Source: Octopus bimaculoides
Taxonomy: Eukaryota
DNA length: 54,337 nucleotides
Assembly (NCBI RefSeq): GCF_001194135.2
Contig: NC_068984.1
Span: 63,360,559-63,414,895, forward strand
Reading direction: 5' to 3'
Each line of letters starts with the position of its first letter. The stretch's first letter is position 1. The translations under genes were made by a program, and so were the position numbers. Shown here piece by piece: positions 1-9,944 of this stretch. The notes below the pieces were generated by a model. It did no database searches. It worked only from the letters and a program-made list of their open reading frames with translations, and was not told the origin of the DNA.

Positions 1-479
1 AGCTGAAGATTGCTCTTCATATTGCATTTAAGGTAATGCTCACATTACTTAAATAAATTGAAGTAGCATGAAACGTGCGTACTGCAATCACTTTTGAAAT
101 CCGTGTTGCTTATTATTTGATTTTAATCACCCATCCTTTTGGGATGTGATATTCGGGTGCCTTCGCATAAGTACCATATATATATATATATATACACTGT
201 GGAATATACGATGTGTTACAATAAGGACTACTAATATATAGTTAGACAAGTTTTTATAACGTGTCTTGAGTCTCGAAGCATTCTTAAGGATCTGAGCATA
301 TGGTTTGTTCCGGCTTGAAAAATCAACACACTAACACATGAGAAAACGCTGGAAAAATTGCGAAAATCGAGAAGGTTTATACAAAAAGTCGAAGGATGAA
401 TAGAAATGGGGAAAAAGAAAAGAAAGTTCGTGTTAAGCCCCTTTGAACGTAGATGTCGTAATTAAACTAGTTGTAGAAT

Positions 480-850
480 ATTTCAACGGAGAGGTGTCCA
501 AAATCTGCGAGACAGCTGTTTAATTCATAGAGGGTGGCAACCTACAGTTCGACAAAAGAAATTTGTCTATATGATTGCATTTCCTGAAAAGTGCGGATGT
601 AGAATTAAGTAGTGTGGTGGAATTCTTGGATCTAAAAAAATGTGCGATCTTTCAGCAACGCGTAAGTTGCATTTCTTAGATCCATTTATATATGACAGAG
701 ATCCCTCTAAGCTTCTCTTCTTGACTCTATGTAGCGTGCAGTTGGTTATGAAACCCCATATGCGGTTAGCCATCTTAGTGGCCTTACATATCTCAATGTG
801 ACGAAAAGAAGACCGGTAGTTTGTATAACATCATTCATGAAGCAGAAGTC
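480..850 (-). mobile_element. Possible decayed CR1/L2-like LINE ORF2 (RT C-terminal region) remnant
   Basis: The minus strand reads ..SFRHIEICKATKMANRIWGFIT.., resembling the post-RT motif LSFxxHIxxIxxKAxxxLGFI of CR1-group LINEs. The rest is broken by stops and frameshifts. Boundaries are approximate. Confidence 0.35.
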
Positions 851-2041
851 TTAGCAACGCTTCAAGACAGCAGCTGTTTTTGAGAAACCGTAAGATACAA
901 GGAACATATACGTACTATCCACAGTAAGGTTCAAGATATTGCAGGAATCAACCCAGCGGTTGCGGACAACGTTATGCATGGAGTGTTACACTTGATTTAT
1001 AGAACAATCGTATTCTGATTCATTTAAAATCATTAGATTTTAATTGTGTGCGTATGCGTTGGGAAGCTTTCATTTTGTCACAGGTTAATATCAGACGTTC
1101 GCTGCTATTTTCTTTCGAGCGGTGGTTAGCTCGAGAGCTTTAATGAAATTTACTATGAATATCTGTATAAAATAATTTTTGCCCAGAGAATAGTAAACCA
1201 ACAAAATATATCTAATATTAACTTTAGTCGCGTATTTTCACACATTTACACAGATGTGTTATGTTATGTCTTTATATTATTGTGGTTGTTGCTAATTTTA
1301 GTCCTGAACACTGTGGAAAGAGTTATAACAATTCTAAATTTTCCATATGGAAGGTTTTAATTAGACAGACTAGTGTGAAGGATGCGCAACTACGTAAAGT
1401 CTTATTTGCCCCGTCATGCCATGTGAATAATTCTCATGCGGTTATTATTATTTCATAGACGAAAGATTGTTGAGATAAAAGTGTGAATCATTTGCTCTTT
1501 TAATGCATTTTAAGTGCTATTCTGAATATTATAGACGTCGAAGACAGTAGTTTTGAAATTATACAAATACTTCCTTTCTTCAAGACAATGTCCAGTTATT
1601 TTACATCCTCTATTCTTATATTTTATGTCAACTCAAAGATGTGTTCCATTCTATGTGGGTAGAAACGTTGGTACACAGTAAACTTAATTGGCAACACTTC
1701 TCTGACATTTCAAGTTTGCACTTAAATGGTGGTGCTAAGAGAGACATAGCACTTTAAGTACCATGAAAAAGGCAATATCATATTTAGCTTACTTAGCTAG
1801 CAACATTAAATAAATATGCATTGTAGTTGTTAGAAACATCGATTGTAATTTCACTTCAGCAATATTTAATTTTAAATAAATAAATGAAACATATAATCTA
1901 GCACTCTTCAAAAACAGCTGTAGTCCATTCTTGGAAGCGTTCAAAGGATTTGAGTTACACTAATCGTCAAGATGGTGTTGAACATACTACAGTTAATAAA
2001 ACGACAAAGATCTTTCAGTTCTATATTTAAGAGATGAGAAA

Positions 2042-2136
2042 TTATGTATATTATTTACATTTGACGGATATTTGTCCTCATCTTTTTTGTTGTTAACACA
2101 ACGTTTCGGCTGATATACATTCCAGCCTTCATCAGG
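2042..2136 (-). mobile_element. Inverted partial copy of the hammerhead-bearing 3' module found at 2464-2556
   Basis: The reverse complement (CCTGATGAAGGCTGGAATGTATATCAGCCGAAACGTTGTGTTAACAACAAAAAAGATGAGGACAAATATCCGTCAAATGTAAATAAT) aligns almost base for base with 2464-2556. Confidence 0.9.
2095..2136 (-). ncRNA. Minimal type-I hammerhead ribozyme motif (core intact, 5' strand of stem I lost)
   Basis: CUGAUGA, extra A, stem II GGCUG/CAGCC with 10-nt loop, GAAAC, GUU cleavage triplet, then GUGUU. The palindrome AACGUU replaces stem III, as in minimal Penelope-associated hammerheads. Confidence 0.75.
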
Positions 2137-2233
2137 ACATATGCCGTAGTGGTTAAGAGAGCGGGCTACAAACTCCAAGGTTCCGAGTTCGATGCCAGGC
2201 AGAGACATACATATTAATAATAATAATAATAAT
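2137..2233 (+). mobile_element. tRNA-derived SINE head (Pol III A and B boxes) followed by (TAA)n
   Basis: ATATGCCGTAGTGGTTAAG (A-box-like) ... GAGTTCGATGCC (B-box-like) at tRNA spacing, then (TAA)n at 2215-2233. There is no complete cloverleaf, so it is not a tRNA gene. Confidence 0.7.
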
Positions 2234-2370
2234 GATTTATTTTAATACATATTTTGCCTATGAATTTGCGTGTGTAAGCTGGGAATGCATACAACGAGTT
2301 TCTCTGCCCTAGGTGTACGGAAAATACTCGGCGAGAAATGGAAGAAAATTTAGAAAGAAGAAAAAAAAAC

Positions 2371-2405
<35 letters not shown>

Positions 2406-2556
2406 TACAACATCGAAAAATACCTTAGGAATGAGAACCCAAGTTCGAAAATTCCCGAAGACACCTGATGAAGGCTGGAGGGTATATCAGCCGAAATGTG
2501 TTAACAACAAACAAGATGAGGACAAATATCTGTTAAGTGTAAATAATGTAAATAAT
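2371..2556 (+). mobile_element. 3' module of the putative ribozyme-SINE: (TAA)n plus hammerhead-bearing Penelope-like tail
   Basis: (TAA)n at 2371-2404, then CATCGAAAAATACCTTAGG...GACAC-CTGATGA-A-GGCTG(10)CAGCC-GAAA-TGTGTT...GTAAATAATGTAAATAAT. Confidence 0.7.
2460..2502 (+). ncRNA. Minimal hammerhead ribozyme motif (3-nt CGT deletion at stem III/cleavage site)
   Basis: Stem I GACAC/GUGUU, CUGAUGA and stem II GGCUG/CAGCC are present. GAAACGUUGUG of the inverted copy is GAAAUGUG here. Confidence 0.7.
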
Positions 2557-3154
2557 GGACAAAGATATTTTTTCTTTTGAGTGTAGCTGATATTAAAAGT
2601 TTAAAGCTGGTACTTGAGGAAGATCGTAGAAACTACATGCATAAACGTTAACAGTTTTATGAAGACATTCGATCGAAGTATATTATTATTTGCATTAAAA
2701 TATATTTTGAATTTAATGAAAGTAGAACATTATATTGCGTGCATTTTGGAGAATATATTAAAACACTTAATTTTCATATATAAAACTTTATTGCACATAA
2801 AAGCCTTAAAGAACATTAACACCAAAGAGATAATGCTATATTGCTTTAACGAAGAAGGAACGGTAAAAATGTACGTAAAACATTGTAATAAATAAATTAA
2901 AAGTACCTCGTAAAATAGTTAACAAAGACATCTTGTATTGGAAGCTCGAATTGTGTACAGAACACGGAATTAATACGTAATCAATTCCACATGTTTATTG
3001 ACAAAATGTTAGAGATCACGAATAAGCTCCTTGAATAATTAAATAAACACATGTTAAATCTTTTAAATGTCTTAGAAATACAGTAATGAATAATTGAAAA
3101 CTCACCAGATGTTATACTTATGCATACATGTGCATATATATGCATTGTATGTAC

Positions 3155-3159
<5 letters not shown>

Positions 3160-3194
<35 letters not shown>

Positions 3195-3660
3195 CTATAT
3201 ATATATATATACATACATATAAATATATATACATACATATATATATGCGTGTGTATTCGGGTGTACACATAAACACATTCAAAACATGCATACATATATG
3301 CGTACGTGTGTGTGTACGTGTGCGTGCGTGTGTGTGTGTGTGTGTGTGTGCATGCATGCGAGAATGTGCGTATACAGACGTGTTTTACTCTTATTGCTTT
3401 TTTACACCTTTTTCTGCATTTTGCCTTCAGCCCTGTATTTTCTTGTGCATGTGCGTATGAACCTTTTTCGCGCGCGTGTAATTGTGTATACGTGTTGTGC
3501 GTGTGTGTGTGTGTGTGCGCGAACGTGTATGCGAGTATGTATATATTTTTTGGCGAATGTGTGGATGAGCATGTGTGTGTTTCAAGTGGGGGTGAATGAG
3601 TACATACATATAGGCGCAAGTACGTGGGTGTGTGGGTGCGCATGTGTATGCATGGACTGG
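3160..3660. repeat. Compound (TA)n/(TG)n low-complexity tract
   Basis: Interleaved TA, TG and CA runs, which account for the spurious His/Thr- and Cys/Val-rich ORFs. Confidence 0.9.
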
Positions 3661-4060
3661 AGCACTTAGACGAATACTATGGACATTTTTACTCCTTTAC
3701 CTTTACTCCATCGCCTCACATAGCAGTCATTCTAATAGCTCTTTTGTTTTAATAACGGTCAATCACACAGTAATTTCCCTTTGCTTAACGGTCATTTTGA
3801 TAGCATTTTTTCGATGGCCAGATAACTAAAGAGATAGCGGCGTGGGTTTCCGCCCAGACAACCGAAACTCGGAGTTTTATCATGGCTATCCAATAATTGT
3901 CACATTATTTACAGATAAATTCCTCTATTTACATAATATTGAGGTCTCTTTCTTTCTTTTGTTGTCTTGCATTTTCTATCAATATATATANNNNNNNNNN
4001 NNNNNNNNNNNNNNNNNNNNNNNNNNNNNNNNNNNNNNNATATATGTATATATATATGTA

Positions 4061-4093
<33 letters not shown>

Positions 4094-4110
4094 ATATGTA
4101 TGTATGTATT

Positions 4111-4303
4111 TGTGAGTCTGTGTTTATCTCCCACCATCGCTTGACAACCGACTTGGTGTGTCTTCGTCCCGTAGCGGTTCGGCAAAAGTGACCTATAGAA
4201 TAAGTACTAAACTTACAGAGAATAATTCCTGGGGTTGATTTGTTCAACTAAAGGCGGTGCTCCAACATGGCCGCAGTCAAATGACTGAAAGAAGTAAAAG
4301 AAT
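4111..4303 (+). mobile_element. SINE family A, 3' half (the head may lie in the N gap)
   Basis: CATCGCTTGACAACCGA...GCGGTTCGGCAAAA...AAAGGCGGTGCTCCAACATGGCCGCAGTCAAATGACTGAAA matches 31497-31680. Confidence 0.9.
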
Positions 4304-4640
4304 TAAATAATATAAGTATGTACTCGATATGAGACACACGTACATATATATGTATATATATGTAATAATAATACACGTATAAATTTCAGCAATACCAAAA
4401 TATTGGAGCAGAGACATTTGTTTTCTTGGTGTAGATCTGAATGCCGTTTACTTGTAATTTTATTAGTTTCTGATTTCCCATCGGCCACGTGTCAATTTTC
4501 TTTTCGTATCTTCGGGTACGAGAAATTAAGATGAGCTAACGAATAATGATGTATTTTACTCAATCGGCCAATGAAGTTTCTCTCAAAGAAGAATGATTTT
4601 ATACTCGGAAAGCCAAGTTAATATCTAAATAGAAAACAAA

Positions 4641-4835
4641 ACGACGAGTGTCAGAATCGTTGGCACGTCGTCTGTGTTTATGTTGTGAGTTCAAATTCTG
4701 CCGTGCCGAGATCGACTTAACCTTTCATCATTTCGGTGTCGATAAATTAAGTATCAGTTGCGTAATGGCGTCGATCTAATCGATTGGCCCCCTCCCCGAA
4801 GATTTCGGGACTTGTGCATAGTGTAGAGAAAAATA
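4641..4835 (+). mobile_element. SINE family B copy 1 of a tandem pair
   Basis: CAGAATCGTT head, GAGTTCAAATTC B-box, GTCGATAAATTAAGTA core and GTCGATCTAATCGA hairpin, homologous to 36519-36730. Confidence 0.85.
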
Positions 4836-4851
4836 GCTAAATAGAAAATAA

Positions 4852-5040
4852 GGCGTCGACGTGTCAGGATCGTTAGTACGTCGTTTGTCTTTATGCTCTG
4901 AGTTCAAATTCCGCCGAGGTCGACTTTGCCTTTTATCATTTTGGGTCGATAAATTAAGTACCAGTTGATGACTGCGGTTGATGTAAACGACCTATCCCCT
5001 TCCCTGAATTTTCTGGACTTGTGCCATAATTTCAATCTAA
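4852..5040 (+). mobile_element. SINE family B copy 2 of a tandem pair
   Basis: GAGTTCAAATTCCGCCGAGGTCGACTTTGCC...GTCGATAAATTAAGTACCAG. It has the same head deletion as copy 1. Confidence 0.85.
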
Positions 5041-5302
5041 TATTTAAATAGAAAAGGAACCTAGTAAAGTATACCTGTAATCTATAGCATTTTAGATTTG
5101 CTCGTCTACTTTTTCTTCTTTACCATCATACAAAAAGGAAAAACATGTAGAATGTGATTGAAAATTCCTCAGCTGTTTCTCTCAGGCCAAGTGAGCAAGC
5201 CTGATTTACTGCTGTGTTAACTAGAATATTTTAATATCGTGGAACGTAGTTTACTTCATACAGGAAAAATCGTCTTTGATTACGATTTGTGGTTTAAGAC
5301 AT

Positions 5303-5629
5303 GTTGTTGGCACTCCGTCGCTTACGACGTCAAGGGTTCCAGTTGATCCAATCAACGGAACAGCCTGCTCGGGAAATTAACGTGCAAGTGGCTGAGCACT
5401 CCACAGACACGTGTACCTTTAACGTAGTTCTCGGGGATATTCAGGGTGACACAGTGTGNNNNNNNNNNGTGGTGAAAGAGTACTGCAGGGTCCCCCCCCC
5501 TGCCGGAGCCTCGTGGAGCTTTAGGTGTTTTCGCTCAATGAACACTCACAACGCCCGGTCTGGGAATCGAAACCGCAATCCTATGACCGCGAGTCCGCTG
5601 CCCTAACCACTGGGCAATTGCGCCTCCAC
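5303..5629 (-). mobile_element. SINE family C (tRNA-derived head), full length, with 12-bp target-site duplication
   Basis: The minus strand starts GTGGAGGCGCAATTGCCCAGTGGTTAGGGCAGCGGACTCGCGG...GGTTTCGATTCCC. GGTTTAAGACAT occurs at 5291-5302 and 5630-5641. Near-identical to 50968-51348. Confidence 0.92.
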
Positions 5630-5807
5630 GGTTTAAGACATAATGGGAGGTTTAAGAAGATTAAATCAATCTAGTTCTTCATAGATAATGAGTTGAAACA
5701 ATCCGCTGTTGCTATTTACTGATGTATTGTTTCGTTCACTAACATTTCCTTAAACCGTTGTTCTTTATTTTTTTTCTCTTTCATGGATTTTTCATTGACA
5801 ACTTATC

Positions 5808-6030
5808 CTTTTATTCTTTTACTTGTTTCATTCATGAGACTGCAGCCATGCTGGGACAACGCCTTGAAGAATTTAAGTCATTTGAATCAACCCCAGTATT
5901 TTTAGTTTTTTAAGCATGGTACTTATTCTATACGTCTTTTATTTTTGCTGACCACTAAGTTACAGAAGCGTAAACAAACGAACACCAGCTGCCAAACCGG
6001 GTGGAGGGAAACAAACGCAATCACACTCAA

Positions 6031-6099
<69 letters not shown>

Positions 6100-6180
6100 C
6101 ATTTATATGTATACGACGGACTTTCAATTTCCGTAATCGGGAAGCAAACTTCTTACCACACAGCTAGCTACTCCTGCGCC
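5808..6180 (-). mobile_element. SINE family A with internal (CA)n and a deletion after the head
   Basis: The head GGCGCAGGAGTAGCTAGCTGTGTGGTAAGAAGTTTGCTTCCC is joined directly to GATTACGGAAATTGAAAG. (CA)n lies at 6032-6091 and the diverged 3' module at 5808-6010. Confidence 0.8.
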
Positions 6181-6764
6181 TATGTTTAATCATCAATAAC
6201 TGAAATTCTAATAATGTGAATAGTTAATACCCTACTGATGTATATCAGCATTCAGTTTCTATCAAACTGGAAAGAAATATCGAAAAATGAAAACAAATAA
6301 ATGAGTGAAAGCTAAAATATCTGACGATGTGACATCTTCCCGGAAATCGTTTTATTAAATATTCCGCCAGTGCTTTCAATTTATAACGTTATTAAGTGAC
6401 GGTCTCATCATCACAGGGTTATTCAGCAGCTGCTATAACAGGATATCAAGTTGCTACATCTGAAACTTGCACTTGCTAAAATAATTTACACTGCTACACG
6501 TAATGCAAGTACAATTGGCTTCAAATGTTTAGACAATCACACCGACCGTAATACATATAAGTTTAGACCTTGAGTTATCGTTATCTATTTATCGAAATGC
6601 TAAGGCGTGTTATATATACAGGCATAAAAATAAAGAGTGCCTAAAATTTCTTGGACATGAATATAATCAAAGTTACACATATACTGGCGTAGACACGCAC
6701 ACACACACATACATACATACATACATACATACATACTACACACACACCCACACATATATATAGT

Positions 6765-6868
6765 TTTTTCAGTTTCCCTCTAATAAATCCACCCATGGCC
6801 CGAGGATATAATAGAAGATACTTGCCTATGCAGTGTGACTGAACCCGGAGCCATGTAGTTGGGAAGTA
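6765..6868 (-). mobile_element. SINE family A, 5' half fragment
   Basis: The reverse complement CTTCCCAACTACATGGCTCCGGGTTCAGTCAC...CCTCGGGCCATGGGTGGATTT matches 31300-31410. Confidence 0.75.
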
Positions 6869-6869
6869 C

Positions 6870-6910
<41 letters not shown>

Positions 6911-7977
6911 ATATATATCGAATATTGATACCAGCATATCATTGTTTTAAATAATGCGCATACAGTAACCATATCTTTACCAGATATCGTCTGCGCACTC
7001 CTGGTGCCACTATAGACATCCTTATTGGAATTCTTCGTGCTATCAGTATACATTAAAATGTCCAGATAAATGACATTTTTTTTGTGTTATCCAGCGACGT
7101 AATTCTTATGTTTTCCCTTTTGATATTTATTTTCAGTTTGTTATTTTAGCCATCACTGTTTACTTCTTTTCTAATTCACATTTGAAAATAGTTTTTGACT
7201 TAACTTTTGATAATTTGGGTACGGGATTACTTCTTTCTTATTTGTCTTCGGTTTACTATCCTGTGAAAGTGTTCTCTCAAAATTATTCTGTACATGTTTT
7301 GAAATTAATTTCATTTCCTTTAATTTAATGCAATTATGCATCATAATTTTCTGTTTATAAATATGGTGGTGTTTACCATAACGAAACAGATGTTGAGTAG
7401 AATAAAAATATGAACTATATGAGAAATTAATATTTTTCTGCTATTATGCTAAGCACAAAACTACGCATGCGCCTACCTATACAATGTACATTTTGTTACA
7501 CTTTTTGTCTTACTATTTCCATATTTTTGACATACAATATATTTTGGCCAAAGGTTTACGTTTTATTTTTCTTTCTGCGTTTTTTTTCTCTATTTATCGC
7601 TGTTATGTATTCACCTGTATTAAAATTCAATTGCAAACGTAATGTAAATTCTGAAAAAAGTGACCCATTACAATTCTTTTTTTCATTACATTTCCATGAA
7701 GTTTATTTCCTTTCAGAAAATCGGACATGTTTTCTGTTATGAAACACGCCATTGTATGCAATATCCATGTTATTGATGAAACTGTATCGCAGGAAGTCAA
7801 TATTCAATTCAGTGTATTTGCTTCGAGGTGGGAAAATCATTGAATACTTTCAACATCTTAATATTGGTGTCACTTCAATTCAATTCAACACACAGACGCC
7901 TTTACGCCTATTTCGTATCCTGAAGACCTGTCACCAGTAAAAGCACACACACACACACATATACACACGCATTCACA

Positions 7978-7979
<2 letters not shown>

Positions 7980-8062
<83 letters not shown>

Positions 8063-8070
8063 GAGAGAAA
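7980..8070. repeat. (GA)n microsatellite, about 90 bp
   Basis: Near-perfect GA run. Confidence 0.95.
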
Positions 8071-8193
8071 TAGACAGAGGGAGTGGAGGTGTATGCGTTA
8101 ATGTCTATGCGCATTAAACTATATGTTGAATAATAGAGAAATCTATTGGTAATTTGATTTCTGGTTATGCAGATGTATCACAATTTAATTATA

Positions 8194-8439
8194 CAGTGAT
8201 CCCTCAATTATCGCGCGTGTTACGTTCCGCAACCTTCCACGGAAATAATTAAAATGTAAAAAAAAACAAAAACAATATAAATGTCTATCGGCTGCAGAAA
8301 CCTGCAAATATACTGAGGAGTCCGCGACAAATTTACATATATTAGCCAGATAAATCCGTGATGTACTGAGCCTGCGATGTGTGAACTTCGATGTACTGAG
8401 TGCACGATAGGTGAATCGCGATATGGCGAGGGATTACTG
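8194..8439. mobile_element. Tigger/pogo-like (Tc1/mariner superfamily) MITE, 246 bp
   Basis: Imperfect TIRs CAGTGATCCCTCAATTATCGCG / CGCGATATGGCGAGGGATTACTG, TA on both flanks (8192-8193, 8440-8441), and a subterminal GATGTACTGAG duplication. Confidence 0.85.
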
Positions 8440-8547
8440 TATTTCAAAAATAGAACTATATACATTGCACGATATATGTTTCATAGGTAGACAATACCTA
8501 CTTTCTGTCTGTCAGTCTGTCTATCTATTTATTTATCTATCAATCAA

Positions 8548-8591
<44 letters not shown>

Positions 8592-8603
8592 CATACATAC
8601 ATA

Positions 8604-9420
8604 CAACAATTCCACCGAAAATGCCTTCATCACATTTTGAAAATTAAATGGAATTCTTTTCCTCCAAACACATATGTCTTTGAACCTGCAGGCATCACCT
8701 CAATTAAAGCTATGATGTTGAGGAACCAACTGAGATGGTGTTACCATATTGTTCGAATGGCAGATGAAGGCATGCCGAAACAGCTATTTTATGGTGAGCT
8801 TGCAGAGGAGAAACGATATCGGCGTAAACCCAAGAAAAAGTTTAAAGACGGCATAAGGACTTCTATAAAGTTACTTCGAATGGTTCCGTAAGATATAGAA
8901 ACCCTTGCTTCGGATCTAGTGGGATGGCGAACAAAGGTGTGGAGTGGAACAAAAGCATTTGAAGAGTCGAGCATAACGCAAGTAAGACTCAAAAGAGATC
9001 TAAGGAAGAATGTAACGATCGAGAAGGTGAATGACAATAACCTTTTTGTGTGCACAGTTTGTGATAGACCATGCCAGTCTTTTTGCTGGGCTGAAATCTC
9101 ATCTGCGAACCCATGGAAAACGAACCTCCACCAACTATTCTGCCTATATGTCTGTGCACACCTTTCAATGCAGTGTACGCGAAAAGGTTTGCAAATCTAA
9201 CGGAAGCCTCGAAAGACATGTTAAGATACATTAAGAGCCGAACTTATCTGCAGGTATTGGTGGTCCAAATCAGAGGTGCAATTTATGTGGATGTCTTTTC
9301 AGAACATTGTCTGGTTTAAAAAAAGCCACATCAGACGCCATGATGGTGCTAAGGTGTAGGTACAGGAGGTGGTCAAACTCTGTATAAGGGGTAGACAACC
9401 ACCATGTATGTATGTATGTA
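8604..9420 (+). mobile_element. 5'-truncated RTE-clade LINE: ORF2 C-terminus, 3' UTR and (TATG)n tail
   Basis: QQFHRKCLHHILKIKW...QLRWCYHIVRMADEGMPKQLFYGEL...RRKPKKKFKD...W is the typical RTE post-RT region. It has in-frame stops at about 8889 and 9232, frameshifts at 9080 and 9318, C2H2 fingers, a stop at 9357-9359 and a short-tandem-repeat tail. Confidence 0.9.
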
Positions 9421-9436
9421 TCTACCTACCTACCTA

Positions 9437-9498
<62 letters not shown>

Positions 9499-9944
9499 NN
9501 NNNNNNNNNNNNNNNNNNNNNNNNNNNNNNNNNNNNNNNNNNNNNNNNNNNNNNNNNNNNNNNNNNNNNNNNNNNNNNNNNNNNNNNNNNNNNNNNNNNN
9601 NNNNNNNNNNNNNNNNNNNNNNNNNNNNNNNNNNNNNNNNNNNNNNNNNNNNNNNNNNNNNNNNNNNNNNNNNNNNNNNNNNNNNNNNNNNNNNNNNNNN
9701 NNNNNNNNNNNNNNNNNNNNNNNNNNNNNNNNNNNNNNNNNNNNNNNNNNNNNNNNNNNNNNNNNNNNNNNNNNNNNNNNNNNNNNNNNNNNNNNNNNNN
9801 NNNNNNNNNNNNNNNNNNNNNNNNNNNNNNNNNNNNNNNNNNNNNNNNNNNNNNNNNNNNNNNNNNNNNNNNNNNNNNNNNNNNNNNNNNNNNNNNNNNN
9901 NNNNNNNNNNNNNNNNNNNNNNNNNNNNNNNNNNNNNNNNNNNN

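Noticed and set aside
2137-2207. Functional tRNA gene
   Set aside because: There is no paired acceptor stem, the anticodon stem is weak, and there is no poly-T terminator. It continues into TAA repeats like a SINE head.
2981-3669. 220-aa and overlapping ORFs rich in His/Thr/Cys/Val
   Set aside because: They are translations of (CA)/(TG)/(TA) microsatellites, which lack stops in some frames.
3833-3891. Small branched fold closed by GATAGC/GCTATC with two short hairpins
   Set aside because: The stems are 4-6 bp, there is no second copy and it matches no family I recognise. Compatible with chance.
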